64,000 nt of DNA from Octopus sinensis (taxonomy: Eukaryota). This document shows positions 24,701 to 37,395 of this stretch, piece after piece. The number at the start of each line of letters is the position of its first letter. The stretch's first letter is position 1. Where the stretch lies: contig NC_042999.1 of the NCBI RefSeq assembly GCF_006345805.1, positions 162,378,001 through 162,442,000 of the forward strand. The letters are read 5' to 3'. A model generated the notes under the pieces. That model had not been told where the DNA came from, made no database searches, and saw only the letters and a program-made list of their open reading frames with translations. Position numbers and translations under genes: made by a program.

Positions 24701-24730
24701 ATGTATGTATGTATGTATGTATGTATGTAT
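24300..24730. repeat. (TACA)n/(TG)n/(TATG)n compound microsatellites
   Basis: Direct reading. Confidence 0.9.
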
Positions 24731-25199
24731 GAGTGTATGTTTACTTTATTACTAACACAAGCCACTACGGTTATTTAATGTAAAGTTTTACTCAAATCAC
24801 TATATCTGGCTATTTACTCTCTTCCAAGAACATTTTCACTCACACTTATGTGTTAGCTTCCCATACATTTTACTCATGTATCTATCAGCGTGATAGAGAG
24901 AAACAAATATTACATCTAGTTTCACTTTATTCGTTGCCCACTGTGTGTGTGCGTTTGCGTGTGGTGTAAACCAGACTAAGAAAAGCATTTGACACACACA
25001 CCAGAATGTGAGTTTTCTGTAAATTTTGCTTAATTGGAGTTTAAATTTTAAAAACTGGACCTGGCATGACGCGATGCATTGTACTCTTAAAAATGCTAGG
25101 TAAATTGTAATTGAAGAAATTCTATATTGTAGATTTGTATAACTCCCAAAGGGAGGCAGATAAAATCTGCCTTTTATAATAAGAGATGTTACATATCGT

Positions 25200-25710
25200 C
25201 ATATATACATGGTGTGGTGAATATATTGTTATCTGAATTATGCAAAAATGAAAATAATACTGACATCTCATTTTAACGGATATATTTTCCAAAATTACAT
25301 AGAAATATCTTTAAATGCTAAAGAGTGAGTCTATTCAATAAAATCGACATTGGCTTCAACCACAGTCTCCAGAAGACATCGGAATCTCCTGCAACTCTTC
25401 TGGAAGGTCTCCTTGTTTAAGTTGGTGAATGCTGCCATAATCCTTGCCTTCAGTTCATCTTTGGTGTTACAAGGAATTTTGTTGGTCTCTCACTCAACTG
25501 TTCCCACACGTAATAATCAAGGGGGTTACAGTCTGGAGAGTTAGGTGGCCAGATGTTAGGGGTGATATGATTGCAGAAATTGTCTGACAGCCATGACTGG
25601 GTTGTTCTGCTTGTGTGGCATGGTACAGAGTCTTCCAGCAGCCACCCTCTTGACCCAGGGCAGCACTACCTCCTCCAGGGTGGAGGTGCTTATCTCCTCT
25701 GATTGAAAAC
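25200..25710 (-). pseudogene. Tc1/mariner (maT/DD37D-like) transposase C-terminal remnant
   Basis: STLEEVVLPWVKRVAAGR, PCHTSRTTQSWLSDNF, WPPNSPDCNPLDYYVW, NTKDELKARIMAAF. Confidence 0.85.
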
Positions 25711-25914
25711 TTAAGGGCACAGAATACTTGTGTTGTGTAGCCAACTAGAAATGGTGTTTCTTGGGGCTAAACAGCAGTAGCATTCTTCCCTTCCCTGAGA
25801 CTGCCACACTAAGTTGGTAACAAGCTATCACTTTATCATGCTGCTACTGCATAACTCTCACTGAGAGATTTAGAAATGCAATATTTCTAACTTTTATATA
25901 TATATATATATATA

Positions 25915-26370
25915 CATCGTCGTCGTCATCGTCATCATTTAACGTCCGTTTTCCACGCTAGCACGGTTCGACCAGGGTCTGGGAAGCCAGGGGCTGCACC
26001 AGGCTCCAGTCTGATCTGGCATAGTTTCTACAGCTGGATGCCCTTCCTAACGCCAACCACTCCGCGAGTGTAATGGGTGCTTTTTACGTGCCACCTGCAC
26101 AGGTGCCAGGGGGGTCTGGCATCGGCCACGATCGGTTGGAGCTTTTAACGTGCCACCGGCACGGAAGCCAGCCAAGGCAGCGCTGGCAATGGCCACGTTC
26201 GGATGGTGCTTTTTTTATGTGCCACCGGCACTGGAGCCAGTCGAGGCAGCGCTGGCATCGGCCACGTTTGGACGGTGCTTTTTATGTGCTACCGGCACAG
26301 AAGCCAGTCGGGGCGGCGCTGGCAACGGTCATGTTCGGATGGTGCTTTTTATGTGCCACCGGCACAGGTA
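25915..26370 (-). mobile_element. RTE LINE 3' UTR copy
   Basis: Near-identical to 6205-6590 with an extra hairpin unit. Confidence 0.9.
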
Positions 26371-26547
26371 TATAACACCAATGTATATTATACAGACAAA
26401 CAGGTTGTTTTGTGATGATTACAATACTGTGAAGTCCACAATGTTGTGAAGACTGTTGATGTAAAAACAATAGTGGTGCAATGAGTGCAGTGATGTCAAG
26501 GTTGCAATGTTATGAACACTTTAGGGAGGCAAATTTTTCACAACACT

Positions 26548-26937
26548 GGGATGGAAGCACTCCATCAATTACGACGATGAGGGTTCCGGTTGATCCGAAT
26601 CAACGGAACAGCCTGCTCATGAAATTAACGTGTAAGTGGCTGAGCACTCCACAAACATGTGTACCCTTAACGTAGTTCTCGGGGATATTCAGCGTGACAC
26701 AGAGAGTGACAAGGCCGGCCCTTTGAAATACAGGTACAACAGAAACAGGAAGGTAAGAGTGAGAGAAAGTTGTGGTGAAAGAGTACAGCAGGGATCACCA
26801 CCATCCCCTGCCAGAGCCTCGTGGAGCTTTAGGTGTTTTCGCTCAATAAACACTCACAACGCCCGGTCTGGGAATCGAAACCGTGATCCTACGACCGCGA
26901 GTCCGCTGCCCTAACCACTGGGCCATTGCGCCTCCAC
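26548..26937 (-). mobile_element. SINE family E, full length with 11-bp TSD
   Basis: TSD TTCACAACACT at 26537-47 and 26938-48; head GGAGGCGCAATGGCCCAGTGGTTAGG. Confidence 0.93.
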
Positions 26938-27676
26938 TTCACAACACTACCATTTGCACAATTGAAATATTGTGAAGACCATAGTGTTGGTAAAACTGGT
27001 AATGTGAAATCAGTAGTGATATAGAAACTGTAGTGTGGTAGAGAATGCAAGTGGTGTGAAGACTGTACTAGGTGGGAAGACAATTATGTTGTATGGATTC
27101 ATAAGACTGTGTTCATATGGAGACAGTACTGATGCGAACATTATAGAGATGGGGAGACTGGAGTAATGTAGAGATCATAATGATGTAAAGATACAATAAA
27201 CTACAGACCAATATGTATCAAAGAAAATTGGTTGACAATATTGATTTCTGAGCCTAAAGAATTTACAATAATCGAATAACAATTACTTGATGTGATATTA
27301 AATATATATGGAATTCCGACTATTGGAGAGCCATGGCATGTTGATTTCTTGTAGTCTAGAAAGAGGAAAGTGACATTATGTCCAATATGAATTTGGCTCA
27401 GTCTTTCATACGAAGGATTTTAGAAATATTAGAGCAATACTAAAAGAATGCTGTATCTCTTGAATAGAATTTTGAACAAATAAAATTGATCAATATCAAT
27501 ATTATTGTATAAAACTACCACTCTAGACAAAGAATATTCTGGTGAAAATTTCTATCAGGTGTCCTTCAATTACTTTTAAGCCTCTTTACTATTAAACACC
27601 TACTTTTGTAGCTTTCTGTTATAAACAGTGAAAGCACAGTATAATTAACAAGTATTTTGGATGTTTTGATAATTTG

Positions 27677-27868
27677 GCACCTGTGCGGGTGGCACGTAAA
27701 AAGCACCCACTACACTCACGGAGTGGTTGGCGTTAGGAAGGGCATCCAGCTGTAGAAACACTGCCAGATCGGACTGGGCCTGATGCAGCCTTCTGGCTTC
27801 ACAGACCCCAGTTGAACTGTCCAACCCATGCTAGCATGGAAAGCGGATGCTAAATGATGATGATGATG
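27677..27868 (+). mobile_element. RTE LINE 3' end
   Basis: GGCACCTGTGC..GGAAGGGCATCCAG..(GAT)n. Confidence 0.9.
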
Positions 27869-27929
27869 TAGAGCATGAACTCAAATTATTACAGATATAA
27901 TTTATTTCTTTTCCTGTCTCCTCAATTAG

Positions 27930-28127
27930 TCAGAGGAAGAACAGCAAAATGGGTGCCTGTGGCAGCATGTGTTCAGAGAGCTTACCAATGGCACTGTGAC
28001 ACCTGCCTTCATTCTAACATGGAATGTTTCATTGATTGTTCTGCCTTTCTTGGTTATGGTCATTTATAGTTTGCAACACAACAGAAACGTTAACAATCAA
28101 GCGATGTTTGTACCTGAAGCTTCTTGA
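27930..28127 (+). CDS. Candidate terminal coding exon with a transmembrane-like segment (unconfirmed)
   Basis: Long pyrimidine tract then AG at 27928-29; 65 open codons SEEEQQNGCLWQHVFRELTNGTVTPAFILTWNVSLIVLPFLVMVIYSL...EAS*; unique sequence; no upstream exons established. Confidence 0.3.
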   Translation, partial: SEEEQQNGCLWQHVFRELTNGTVTPAFILTWNVSLIVLPFLVMVIYSLQHNRNVNNQAMFVPEAS

Positions 28128-28726
28128 ACTGAGGAAATGCCTTTAATCCTTTAGTGTTTAAACCGGCCATATCCGGCCCAAATAATCTACCTGTTTTCTG
28201 TTAAAACTCCCCAGATTTGGTATCTCACACCAACCTATAATGTCAATCTAAAAACAGGTGATAAGATCATGGAAATCTTAAAGCTACGAAATAATGCATG
28301 ATTAGCTTAAAACAATACGGATGAATAAATATTATATTTGACAGAATAATTTGAATGCTAAAGGGTTAACAGGGCTAACCCCACTCTCTAAACAATGTAC
28401 ACATTTGCCCCAAAACAAGAAATAGCCTACATCATTGGATGCAAATGAGGATGCATCAGAGGTTTCCTTCTCATAGAGAGATGTCTAAACAAAAACTAGA
28501 GCCTTTTCACTCCCTACTTTTGGATGATCATTGACTCTGGTGAGTTCATCCACCCTTTAATCTTCCTTTTTTGTCCTACAAAGTGTCCAACAAAAACCAC
28601 CCTTCTTACCAAGCAAGAAGCTTGATAGGGTTGCTGGTTTAGTTGCAAACAATCTTACCATGCAACAGGTTATACTAGGTTACATATAGCAAAAAGGGTG
28701 AATTAACATATATATATATATATATA

Positions 28727-29124
28727 CTAGCAGTATCGCCCGGCGTTGCTCGGGTTTGTAAGGGAAATAACTATATAAGCATTTTTAGAGAGTTATAGCC
28801 AAAAAATAGCAAAAAAATGCATTAAAAATGGAAAAAAATTATGGTAATTTTTTTTAAATCGTTGACTCATCGTAGACATTTTTAGAGAGTTACTTCCCTT
28901 ATATAATAGCGAAAAAATGCATTAAAATGGAAAAAAATGATGGTAAATTATTTTTAAAATCGTAGACTCATCGTAGACGCGCGCTAATACCCTGAAGGGC
29001 TCGATATGAATCACGACTATAAGATACCCGGTTTTGGTTAAACTGCACCACAAAATGTGGGAGTAGTTAGGAATCTAAATCGTAGGAGACAGACAGCACA
29101 CAACCTCACTTTTATATATACAGA
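28727..29124 (-). mobile_element. Non-autonomous Helitron-like element, complete
   Basis: Same termini and body as 11367-11746. Confidence 0.88.
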
Positions 29125-29889
29125 TATACACACACACACACAGACACATCTACAGACATACAATGCATAGAAGCATATATGTATACATATATACACAATT
29201 GTGCAGCTCACACGATTAACAGAACCTCTTACAAAGCTACGATGTTATATTAGTTATCAATAATGATTATTCCCTCTGATTTTTCAAACCTATTTTCTAG
29301 CTCACACGATTAACAGAACGTCTTTGATTTTCAAACCTATTTATCAATAATGTTTATTATCGACAATGCCGTCCCCAGTCAAATTTCCTCACACCGCTTT
29401 ATTCCCACGTGTTCCTTGACCTCCCTCTCCACCCCTCTCTAACTAACCCTATCTCTCTCCCTATGTTTCTCTATGCCCTCCCTTCCCATAACCATCATCG
29501 CCATATCTCTCTCCCTATGTTTCTCTATATCCCCCCCCACTTTCCATAACCATCATCGCCATATATAAAAGAGCGATCGCATTATCGTTAACCCCACTCA
29601 CTTCCAAATATCTAAAGAAGAAATACGCACAGATCATGAATGGTTAAAGCTAAGTGACTCGTTCAGCCTCGCTACAACTACCTTCTATCTTTGCACTTAT
29701 CATCATCATTCTTTCACTATTCTTCGATTACCATCTCATTGTATTGTTCCTCATTCTTTCAGTATTCCCTCATTACCCTGTCTAGCTCAAACACATTTTT
29801 TTCGTTTAGTCTTGTCTCCCGGTTCACAGCCACTCTGATTTTTCAAACCCATTTGCTAGCTCACACGATTAACAGAACCTCTTACTAAG

Positions 29890-32800
29890 TTACGGTGCAC
29901 CCGCCCTCCCACCCCCTCCACACATACCGGAAGTTCCTATTCTTTGCCATCCCGGGGTTGCTTCCCATGAAGACTGCAAATGCTCTTTCACCATCCCTAC
30001 CCCTAGTCTCGACCTATGTAAGGTAATGTTCATACAGTGAAAAATATGAAAGGCTAGTGTTATGCAGGTTGTACTGAAGGCTACTTTACTACTTCATTAC
30101 TTGCACATGAACTCTGCCAAATGCGAGCTTTCTTTTCAGGTACACCGTCCCAGGGTCTCTAGAGCCCATGCCTCCCACACCCTCAGGGTTGGCACCCTTA
30201 ACATTGGCACACTGAAAGGTAGGTCTGATGAGATAGTCGAGATGCTTGAACGGAGATGCATGGATATATGTTGCATGCAAGAAATAAGGTGGAGAGGAGG
30301 ATCAGCTAGGTTCCTCACAGGCAAGGAACGCAGGTACAAGATTTTCTAGGCAGGGAACACTGACGGGGTTGGTGGCGTGAGTATACTTATTGCTGAGAAA
30401 TGGGTAGATAAAGTAATTGAGGTAATCAGAGTATGTGACAGAATACTTAAGATTAGATTAGTGCTTCATCACAGTTTAGCAACCATTATATCAGCCTATG
30501 CTCCTCAGTCGGGGCTACCCGATGGACAGAAAGACCGATTCTATGACACTCTACTGCAGACTACCTTGTTGACGAACGACAGAGACCTTATCTTTCCGGC
30601 TGGTGACTTCAATGGTCACGTTGGACGACATGCTGGGGGCTTCCATGGCGTACATGGAGGCTATGGCTATGGCTCCCGCAACGAGGAGGGAACCAGGCTG
30701 CTGGAGTTCTGCGATGCAAATAATCTTATGATTTGCAACACTAACTTCAGGAAACCTACCAGCCACCTAGTCACTTACCGATCGGGCCAACATACCAGCC
30801 AAATTGACTTGCAAAGCAAAGGGAGAGATGGCTGCTTATAAATGCCAAAACCTTCCCAGGTGAAGAATGTACCCCACAACATAGACTGGTAGTTAGTGAC
30901 TTTAGGATCAGGACTAGGAGGACAACCAGAAGACGACCAATATGGAGAAGAAGGATCTGGAAGCTTAAAGATTCTGCAAATGGACAGAGATTTAGGGACA
31001 TATTACTTGAAGCCTTTGACGAAGTAGAAGGGGATAGAGCATCACAGGGGGTAGAAGACAACTGGACGTTTCTAAGGGATAACCTGCTGAGAGCCACTGA
31101 CCAGATCTGTGGCTGGTGCAAAGTCCCCTCTCGACCTAGAATAACGTGGTGGTGGAACAATATTGTAGACAGGGCTATTAGAGAAAAGAGACAGGCTTGG
31201 AAGGTCTGGAAAAATGGGGGTAGCAGGGAATTGTATCAGACTGCCAAAAGAGAAGCTAGGAGACAGCTTTATTTAGCCAGAGGGGAAGCAGATAAGAAAA
31301 AATTTGCCAATGTTCTGCGCCGTGAGGACCAAAGACTGGAGGTGTTTCGCGTTGCAAGACAGTGTGTGAGAGAGAATCGTGATGTGGTAGGAGAGAAGTG
31401 TGTTCGCATGGAAGATGGTTCACTTGCGCTAAATGAGGATGCAAAGAGAGAGGTTTGGAGATGCCACTATGAAAGGTTGCTGAATAAAGAAAATGAATGG
31501 GATAAAGAGAGTCTGCCGAATGTTGACCCAACAGAGGGACCAGCTATCCGAGTTGATAGTTCCGTGGTAGCTAAGGCAATTAGAAGCATGAAGGCAGGGA
31601 AAGCCCCAGGCCCATCAGGAATCACTGCAGAGATGCTCAAAATGTCTGGTAGTGTCGGCTATAGTCTAGTCACCCGTATAGTTAATCAGGTGATACACAA
31701 AGGAGTCATACCCAATGACTGGTGTAGCAGCATAATAGTCAACTGCTACAAAGGTAAAGGTGACGCCCTAGATACAAATAACTACAGAGGTATCAAGCTG
31801 TTGGATCAGGTGATGAAGGTTACAAAGAGGGTCATAGCCCAACTAATTAGAGAGAGAGTTAGTTTAGATGAGATGCAGTTTGGGTTTGTGCCAGGGAAAA
31901 GTACTACTGATGCTATATTCCTGGTAAGGCAACTGCAGGAGAAATACCTAGCCTAAAAATTTACGCCCCTGTACCTGGCTTTTGTTGACATGGAGAAAGC
32001 CTTCGACAGGGTCCCCCGATCCCTTATCTGGTGGTCAATGAGGAAACTAGGGATAGATGAATGGCTAGTGAGAGCTGTGCGGGCAATGTATAGGGACGCT
32101 GCTAGTAAGGTGAGGGTTGGCAACGAGTACAGTGAAGAATTCCGGGTAGAGGTAGGGGTCCACCAAGGCTCAGTCCTCAGCCCCCTCCTATTTATCATAG
32201 TCCTCCAGGCAATAACGGAGGAATTCAAGACAGGATGCCCTTGGGAGCTCCTCTATGCTGATGACCTTGCTCTAATTGCTGAGTCGCTATCAGAACTGGA
32301 GAAGTTTCAGGTGTGGAAACAAGGATTAGAATCGAAGGGCCTCAGAGTCAATCTAGCTAAAACCAAAGTCGTAATCAGTAGGAAGGTAGACAAATCACAA
32401 ACGCCTTCAGGTAGAGGCCCTGCTCGATCTGTAGAAAAGGTGTAGGTAGAAACTCTATAAGATGCACCAAGTGTAAGCTATGGACACATAAGAGGTGCAG
32501 CAATGTCAAAGGAAGACTAACTAGGAAGATGGTTTTTGTATGTGGCAGATGCTCAGGAACAAAACACACTGAAAATGCTCTGAGACCAACTTCCGTCACT
32601 TTCCAGGGAGAAAAACTAGAAATAGTTGATAGTTTCCATTACCTAGGTGACCAAGTCAGCAGCGGGGGTGGGTGTGCTGAAAGTGTAACTGCTAGAGTAA
32701 GAATAGCTTGGGCAAAGTTCAGAGAGCTCTTACCTCTGCTGGTGACAAAAGGCCTCTTGCACAGAGTGAAAGGCAGACAGTATGATGCGTGTGTACGAAC

Positions 32801-33749
32801 AGCCATGCTACATGGCAGTGAAACATGGGCCGTGACTGCTGAGGGTATGCGTAAGCTCACAAGAAATGAAGCCAATATGCTCCGATGGATGTGTAATGTC
32901 AGTACTCATACTCGGCAGAGTGTAAGTACCTTGAGAGAAAAGCTGGACCTAAGAAGCATCAGTTGTGGTGTGCAAGAGAGACGTTTGCGCTGGTATGGTC
33001 ATGTGGCGAGAATGGATGAAGATAGTTGTGTGAAAAAGTGCCACACCCTAGCGGTTGAGGAAACCTGCGGAAGAGGCAGACCCAGGAAAACCTGGGACGA
33101 GGTGGTGAAGCACGACCTTCGAACTTTAGGTCTCACTGAGGAAATGAAATGACTAGAGACCGAGACCTCTGGAAGTGTGCTGTGCACGAGAAGACCCGGC
33201 AGGACAAGTGAGTCCATAACCCGTGGCCTTCTACATGGGATGGAGCCAGCCTACGTATGCATACCTTCCCTTCTTGGGACACAAAACTCTACTTGTGAAG
33301 ACCTGTTGAGGCAAGTGAGGATCAGAATCGAAATCGATCAATGGAAATTGCAGATGTGTTACCAGTGCCGGTGGCATGTAAGAGAACCTTCCGTTTCGTG
33401 ACCGTTGCCAGCACCACCCCGACTGGCCTCGTGCCGGTGGCACGTAAAAAGCACCATCCGCTCGTGTCCGTTGCCAGCCTCGCCTGGCCCTCATGCCGGT
33501 GGCACATAAAAAGCACCATCCGTTCGTGGCCATTTGCCAGCTCTGTCTGGCACCTGTGCAGGTGGCACGTATAAAGCACCCACTACACTCACGGAGTGGT
33601 TGGTGTTAGGAAGGGCATCCAGCCGTAGAAACACTGCCAGATTTGACTGGGCCTGATGAAGCCTTCTGGCTTCAAAGACCCCAGTAGAACCGTCCAACCC
33701 ATGCTAGCATGGAAAACGGACGCTAAACGATGATGATGATGATGATGAT
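29890..33749 (+). mobile_element. RTE-clade LINE, near full length, disrupted ORF (APE endonuclease + RT + 3' UTR); 5' boundary uncertain
   Basis: APE motifs LRVGTLNIGTL, QEIRWRG, SAYAPQ, GDFNGHVG; RT motifs NYRGIKLL, QFGFVPGKSTTDAIF, DMEKAFDRV, GVHQGSVLSP, LYADDL; stops and frameshifts; (GAT)n tail. Confidence 0.96.
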
Positions 33750-34147
33750 ATCTCCTATATATATGTATGTGTGTGCGTATGTATGTATATCCATGCGACT
33801 CTATTTCTAGCCTTTCTTCTTTCTCCTCTGCCCTGTGTCCCTTTTGTCTGCTGCTGACACATGACCTGTGGCCAGCCCTTTTTTCTATCTGTCTCTTTTT
33901 TACATTAGTCGCATAGTTGACTGCTCCCAAATTCCCTAGTCCTCACTGGTACTTGTTTCACTGTTTGCTGTCCTGTTTCTAATCCTTTAGGATTTCCCAC
34001 TAAATGTTACCCATGGTTTGTTTTCTTCTAGCCCTAGAACTGTATTCTGTTTGTTGCTTATTTTTTCTATCTTCATCCACTGTCTTGAATTACATTCATT
34101 CACTTTCATATGCCTAATTCTGTGTCACCTGTAATACATATATATAT

Positions 34148-34378
34148 ATTTCTTTACTACCCACAAGGGGCTAAACATAGAGGGGACAAACAAGGACAGA
34201 CAAAGGGATTAAGTCGATTACATCAACCCCAGTGCGAAATTGGTACTTTATTTATCGACCCTGAAAGGATGAAAGGCAAAGTCAACCTCGGCGGAATTTG
34301 AACTCACAACGTAACGACAGGCGAAATACCGCTAAGCATTTCGCCCGGCGCGCTAACATTTCTGCCATCTCGCCGCCT
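34148..34378 (-). mobile_element. SINE family D
   Basis: Reverse complement of 53476-53708. Confidence 0.9.
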
Positions 34379-34668
34379 TATAATATATATAGTTTGTAAT
34401 ACATATATATAGTTTGTTTGTTCTCTGTCCAATATTCTCCGCAACCCTTGTGGATGCCACCAGCTGGGAAGCATCGCAGTCTAATCATTAATGGCACAGA
34501 ACTGGAATACCATTTGGATGATATCTGATGAGGAATTTAGGGACCTTCTATGTCTGTTTTCCATTCATCCAAGCATTACGTTTTTTAACTTGCCATTCTG
34601 TGTGTTTTTCATTTGTGCATTTACTATACATTTTTTCACTTATTAAGTAACGAAACGCAACACATCCT

Positions 34669-34706
<38 letters not shown>

Positions 34707-34724
34707 CAAAAAATAAAAAATAAA

Positions 34725-35058
34725 AATCGATCAACATGAATGGAAATTGTAGCTGTGATACCAGTGCTGGTGACACATAAGAGAACCATCCGAACGTGGC
34801 CGTTGCCAGTGCCGCCCGTAAAAAGCACCATCCGTTCGTGGCCGTTTGCCAGCTCTGTCTGGCACCTGTGCAGGTGGCACGTAAAAAGCACCCACTACAC
34901 TCATGGAGTGGTTGGCGTTAGGAAGGGCATCCAGCCGTAGAAACATTGCCAGATCAGACTGGGCCTGGTGCAGCCTTCTGGCTTCCCAGACCCCAGTTGC
35001 ACCATCCAACCCATGCTAGCATGGAAAGCGGATGCTAAACGATGATGATGATGATGAT
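34725..35058 (+). mobile_element. RTE LINE 3' UTR copy
   Basis: Hairpin units and (GAT)n tail. Confidence 0.9.
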
Positions 35059-35064
35059 ATCATC

Positions 35065-36060
35065 ATAACTATCATCATCATTTAACATCTGTTTTCCATT
35101 CTGGCATTGACTGGACAATTTGACAGGAGCTGTCAAGGTTGAGGGCTGCACCAGGCTCCATTGTCTATTCTGGCATGGTTTCTACAGCTTGATGCCATTC
35201 CAGATGCCAACCACTTTACAGAGTGTACTGGGTGCTTTTTACATGGTACCATCACCAACAAGGTCACCAACTACCTTGCTAGACAAAACTCCCTCAACTG
35301 GGAGAGCTAGTAGTATTGAGTTGGGGTGGTTTTGTGTCAGCTGAAAAATTTAGAAGTATAGAGGGACATAGAAAGGCATCTTGCTGTAGAGTAGATACAT
35401 GGATACCCCAGTTCGAAAAGAAAGGAGGATGAGTTAGGGAGTAAGATACAGAGAGCAGGTGAGTGACAGTGAAAGAGATGGTGGTGAAGATGTATTGGGA
35501 CATGCCCTCTGGTACATTGTGGGGGTGGGTGGTAGAAATAAGTGAAGTGATACAGAGCTTGAGATCACCTTTGTTCTATGTCTTTCTAGGTCTCCCTCTT
35601 TCACAAGTCTCGTCCACTTCAAATGATCAGCATTTCTTTATGCAACTGTCCTCATCCATACACATCACATGACCAAACCAGCATAGTCTTAGTGTACATG
35701 TGTGTCAGTGTGCTAGTGTATTGAGAGAATCTCAATACACTAGCACTCTGCCCACACATGTACACTAACCCTGCACATCTGGTGAAGCATACTAGCCTCA
35801 ATCCGCTCTAACCATTGCATGTCCTCTGCATTCTGGGCCCACATCTCACTACCATGTAAAATTGCTGTTCATATACATGCATCACACAATCTTCCTTTCA
35901 CTCAGAGAGAAAGAGAGAGAGAGAGAGATTCTTGGTTGCTAACAGAGGTCTTTGAATTTTCTCCATTGTTTCTTATTCTAGCAATTACACTCTTGGTATA
36001 TCCTCCTTCACTGTTAATTAGGTCACCTAGGTAGCAAAAATTATCCACTACCCATAGAGA
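35065..36060 (-). mobile_element. Older degenerate RTE 3' fragment (RT C-terminus + UTR)
   Basis: Minus-strand similarity to 32620-33750 (YLGDLI, AILHGSEMWA, MDEDSCIK equivalents). Confidence 0.8.
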
Positions 36061-36362
36061 GCCTTTGGGGCATTTGTGGATATCAATTTCTCATGAATCT
36101 GTATACTTTATGGCTCCTTTGAATCTTCCACATACAAACACTACTTTCTCTTTTAACCTTCCTTTTATCCCACTTATACACTCACTTACATACACATATA
36201 CATACAGGTATAGGCATGGCTGTATTGCTAAGAAGTTCACTTCCCAACCACATGGATTTGGATTCAATCCCACTGTATGGAAATTTGGGCAAATTTCTTC
36301 TACTATAATCTTGTGAGTGAATTTGGTAAACAAAAACTGAACATATATATATATATAATTAT

Positions 36363-36650
36363 AAGATAAGGGCAGAAGAAAAATTCTAATGCCAAATACG
36401 CCGAAACAAAAAAATGCGTCTCGAAATACTTCTGTGGGTATGAATAAGTATTTCATTTATATCTCGCGTATGTGCCGCTGAAGAGGGGAAAATTTCTTGT
36501 GAATTAACCCCAAAATTGGACCAATATGGTAATAACAAATTTTTTAGAGATTTCTATCAGTTTATTTCGAGACGCATAAATTTAATGGTTATTGACAATT
36601 TTTTTGTTTCGGCGTATCTGGCATTAGAATTTTTCTTCTGCCCTTATCTT
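36363..36650. repeat. Element with about 52-bp outer and 13-bp inner inverted repeats
   Basis: AAGATAAGGGCAGAAGAAAAATTCTAATGCCA..CCGAAACAAAAAA versus its reverse complement at 36598-36650; GCGTCTCGAAATA versus TATTTCGAGACGC. Confidence 0.8.
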
Positions 36651-36737
36651 GTAAATTATGTATAAATTTTTACCTTTAAAGGCATTTTTTGATATGCTGG
36701 CCATTGATAAAATTTTTTCTCGAAAAAAATTTTATCC

Positions 36738-37395
36738 TATCATCATCATCATCATCATTTAACGTCCGCTTTCCATGCTAGCATGGGTTGGACGGTTCTA
36801 CTGGGGTCTGGGGAGCCCGAAAGCTGCACCAGTCCAGTCAGATCTGGCAGTGTTTCTACAGCTGGATGCCCTTCCTAACGCCAACCACTCCGAGAGTGTA
36901 GTGGGTGATTTTATGTGCCACCGACACAGGTGCCAGACGAGGCTGGCAAACGGCCACGCTCGGATGGTGTTTTTATGTGCCACCGACACAGGTGCCAGAT
37001 GAGGCTGGCAAACGGCCATGATCGGATGGTGTTTGTTACGTGCCCACAGCACGGAGGCCAGTCGATGCGGTACTGGCTACGGCCACGTTCGGATGGTTTT
37101 CTTGTGTGCCACGTGCCACCGGCACTGGTACCACAAAGATACAAATTCCATTGATGTTCATCTATTTTGATTTGTTTTGATTGATTTTCACTTGCCTCAA
37201 CAGGTCTTCACAAGTGTCACAAGAAGGAAGGTATGCACAGGTGGACTGACTACGTCCCAGGTAGGGGCCACAGGTTATGGCCTGACTAGTCTTGCCGGGT
37301 CTTCGGATGGTGTTTTTATGTGCCACCGACACAGGTGCTAGATGAGGCTGGCGAACGGCCACGATCGGATGGTGTTTGTTATGTGCCCACAGCAC
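36738..37395 (-). mobile_element. RTE LINE 3' UTR copy with expanded unit array
   Basis: At least four GTGCCACC(G/A)(A/G)CAC units, then upstream UTR, then a further unit pair. Confidence 0.88.

Noticed and set aside
33330-33600. Regularly spaced GTGCCGGTGGCACGTAAAAAGCACC repeats as a CRISPR array
   Set aside because: Eukaryotic context, spacers are related to each other, the array is part of a LINE 3' UTR, and there are no cas genes
34530-34570. CTGATGA-GGAA...TTCC as a hammerhead
   Set aside because: No GAAA after the stem and no stem I or III partners
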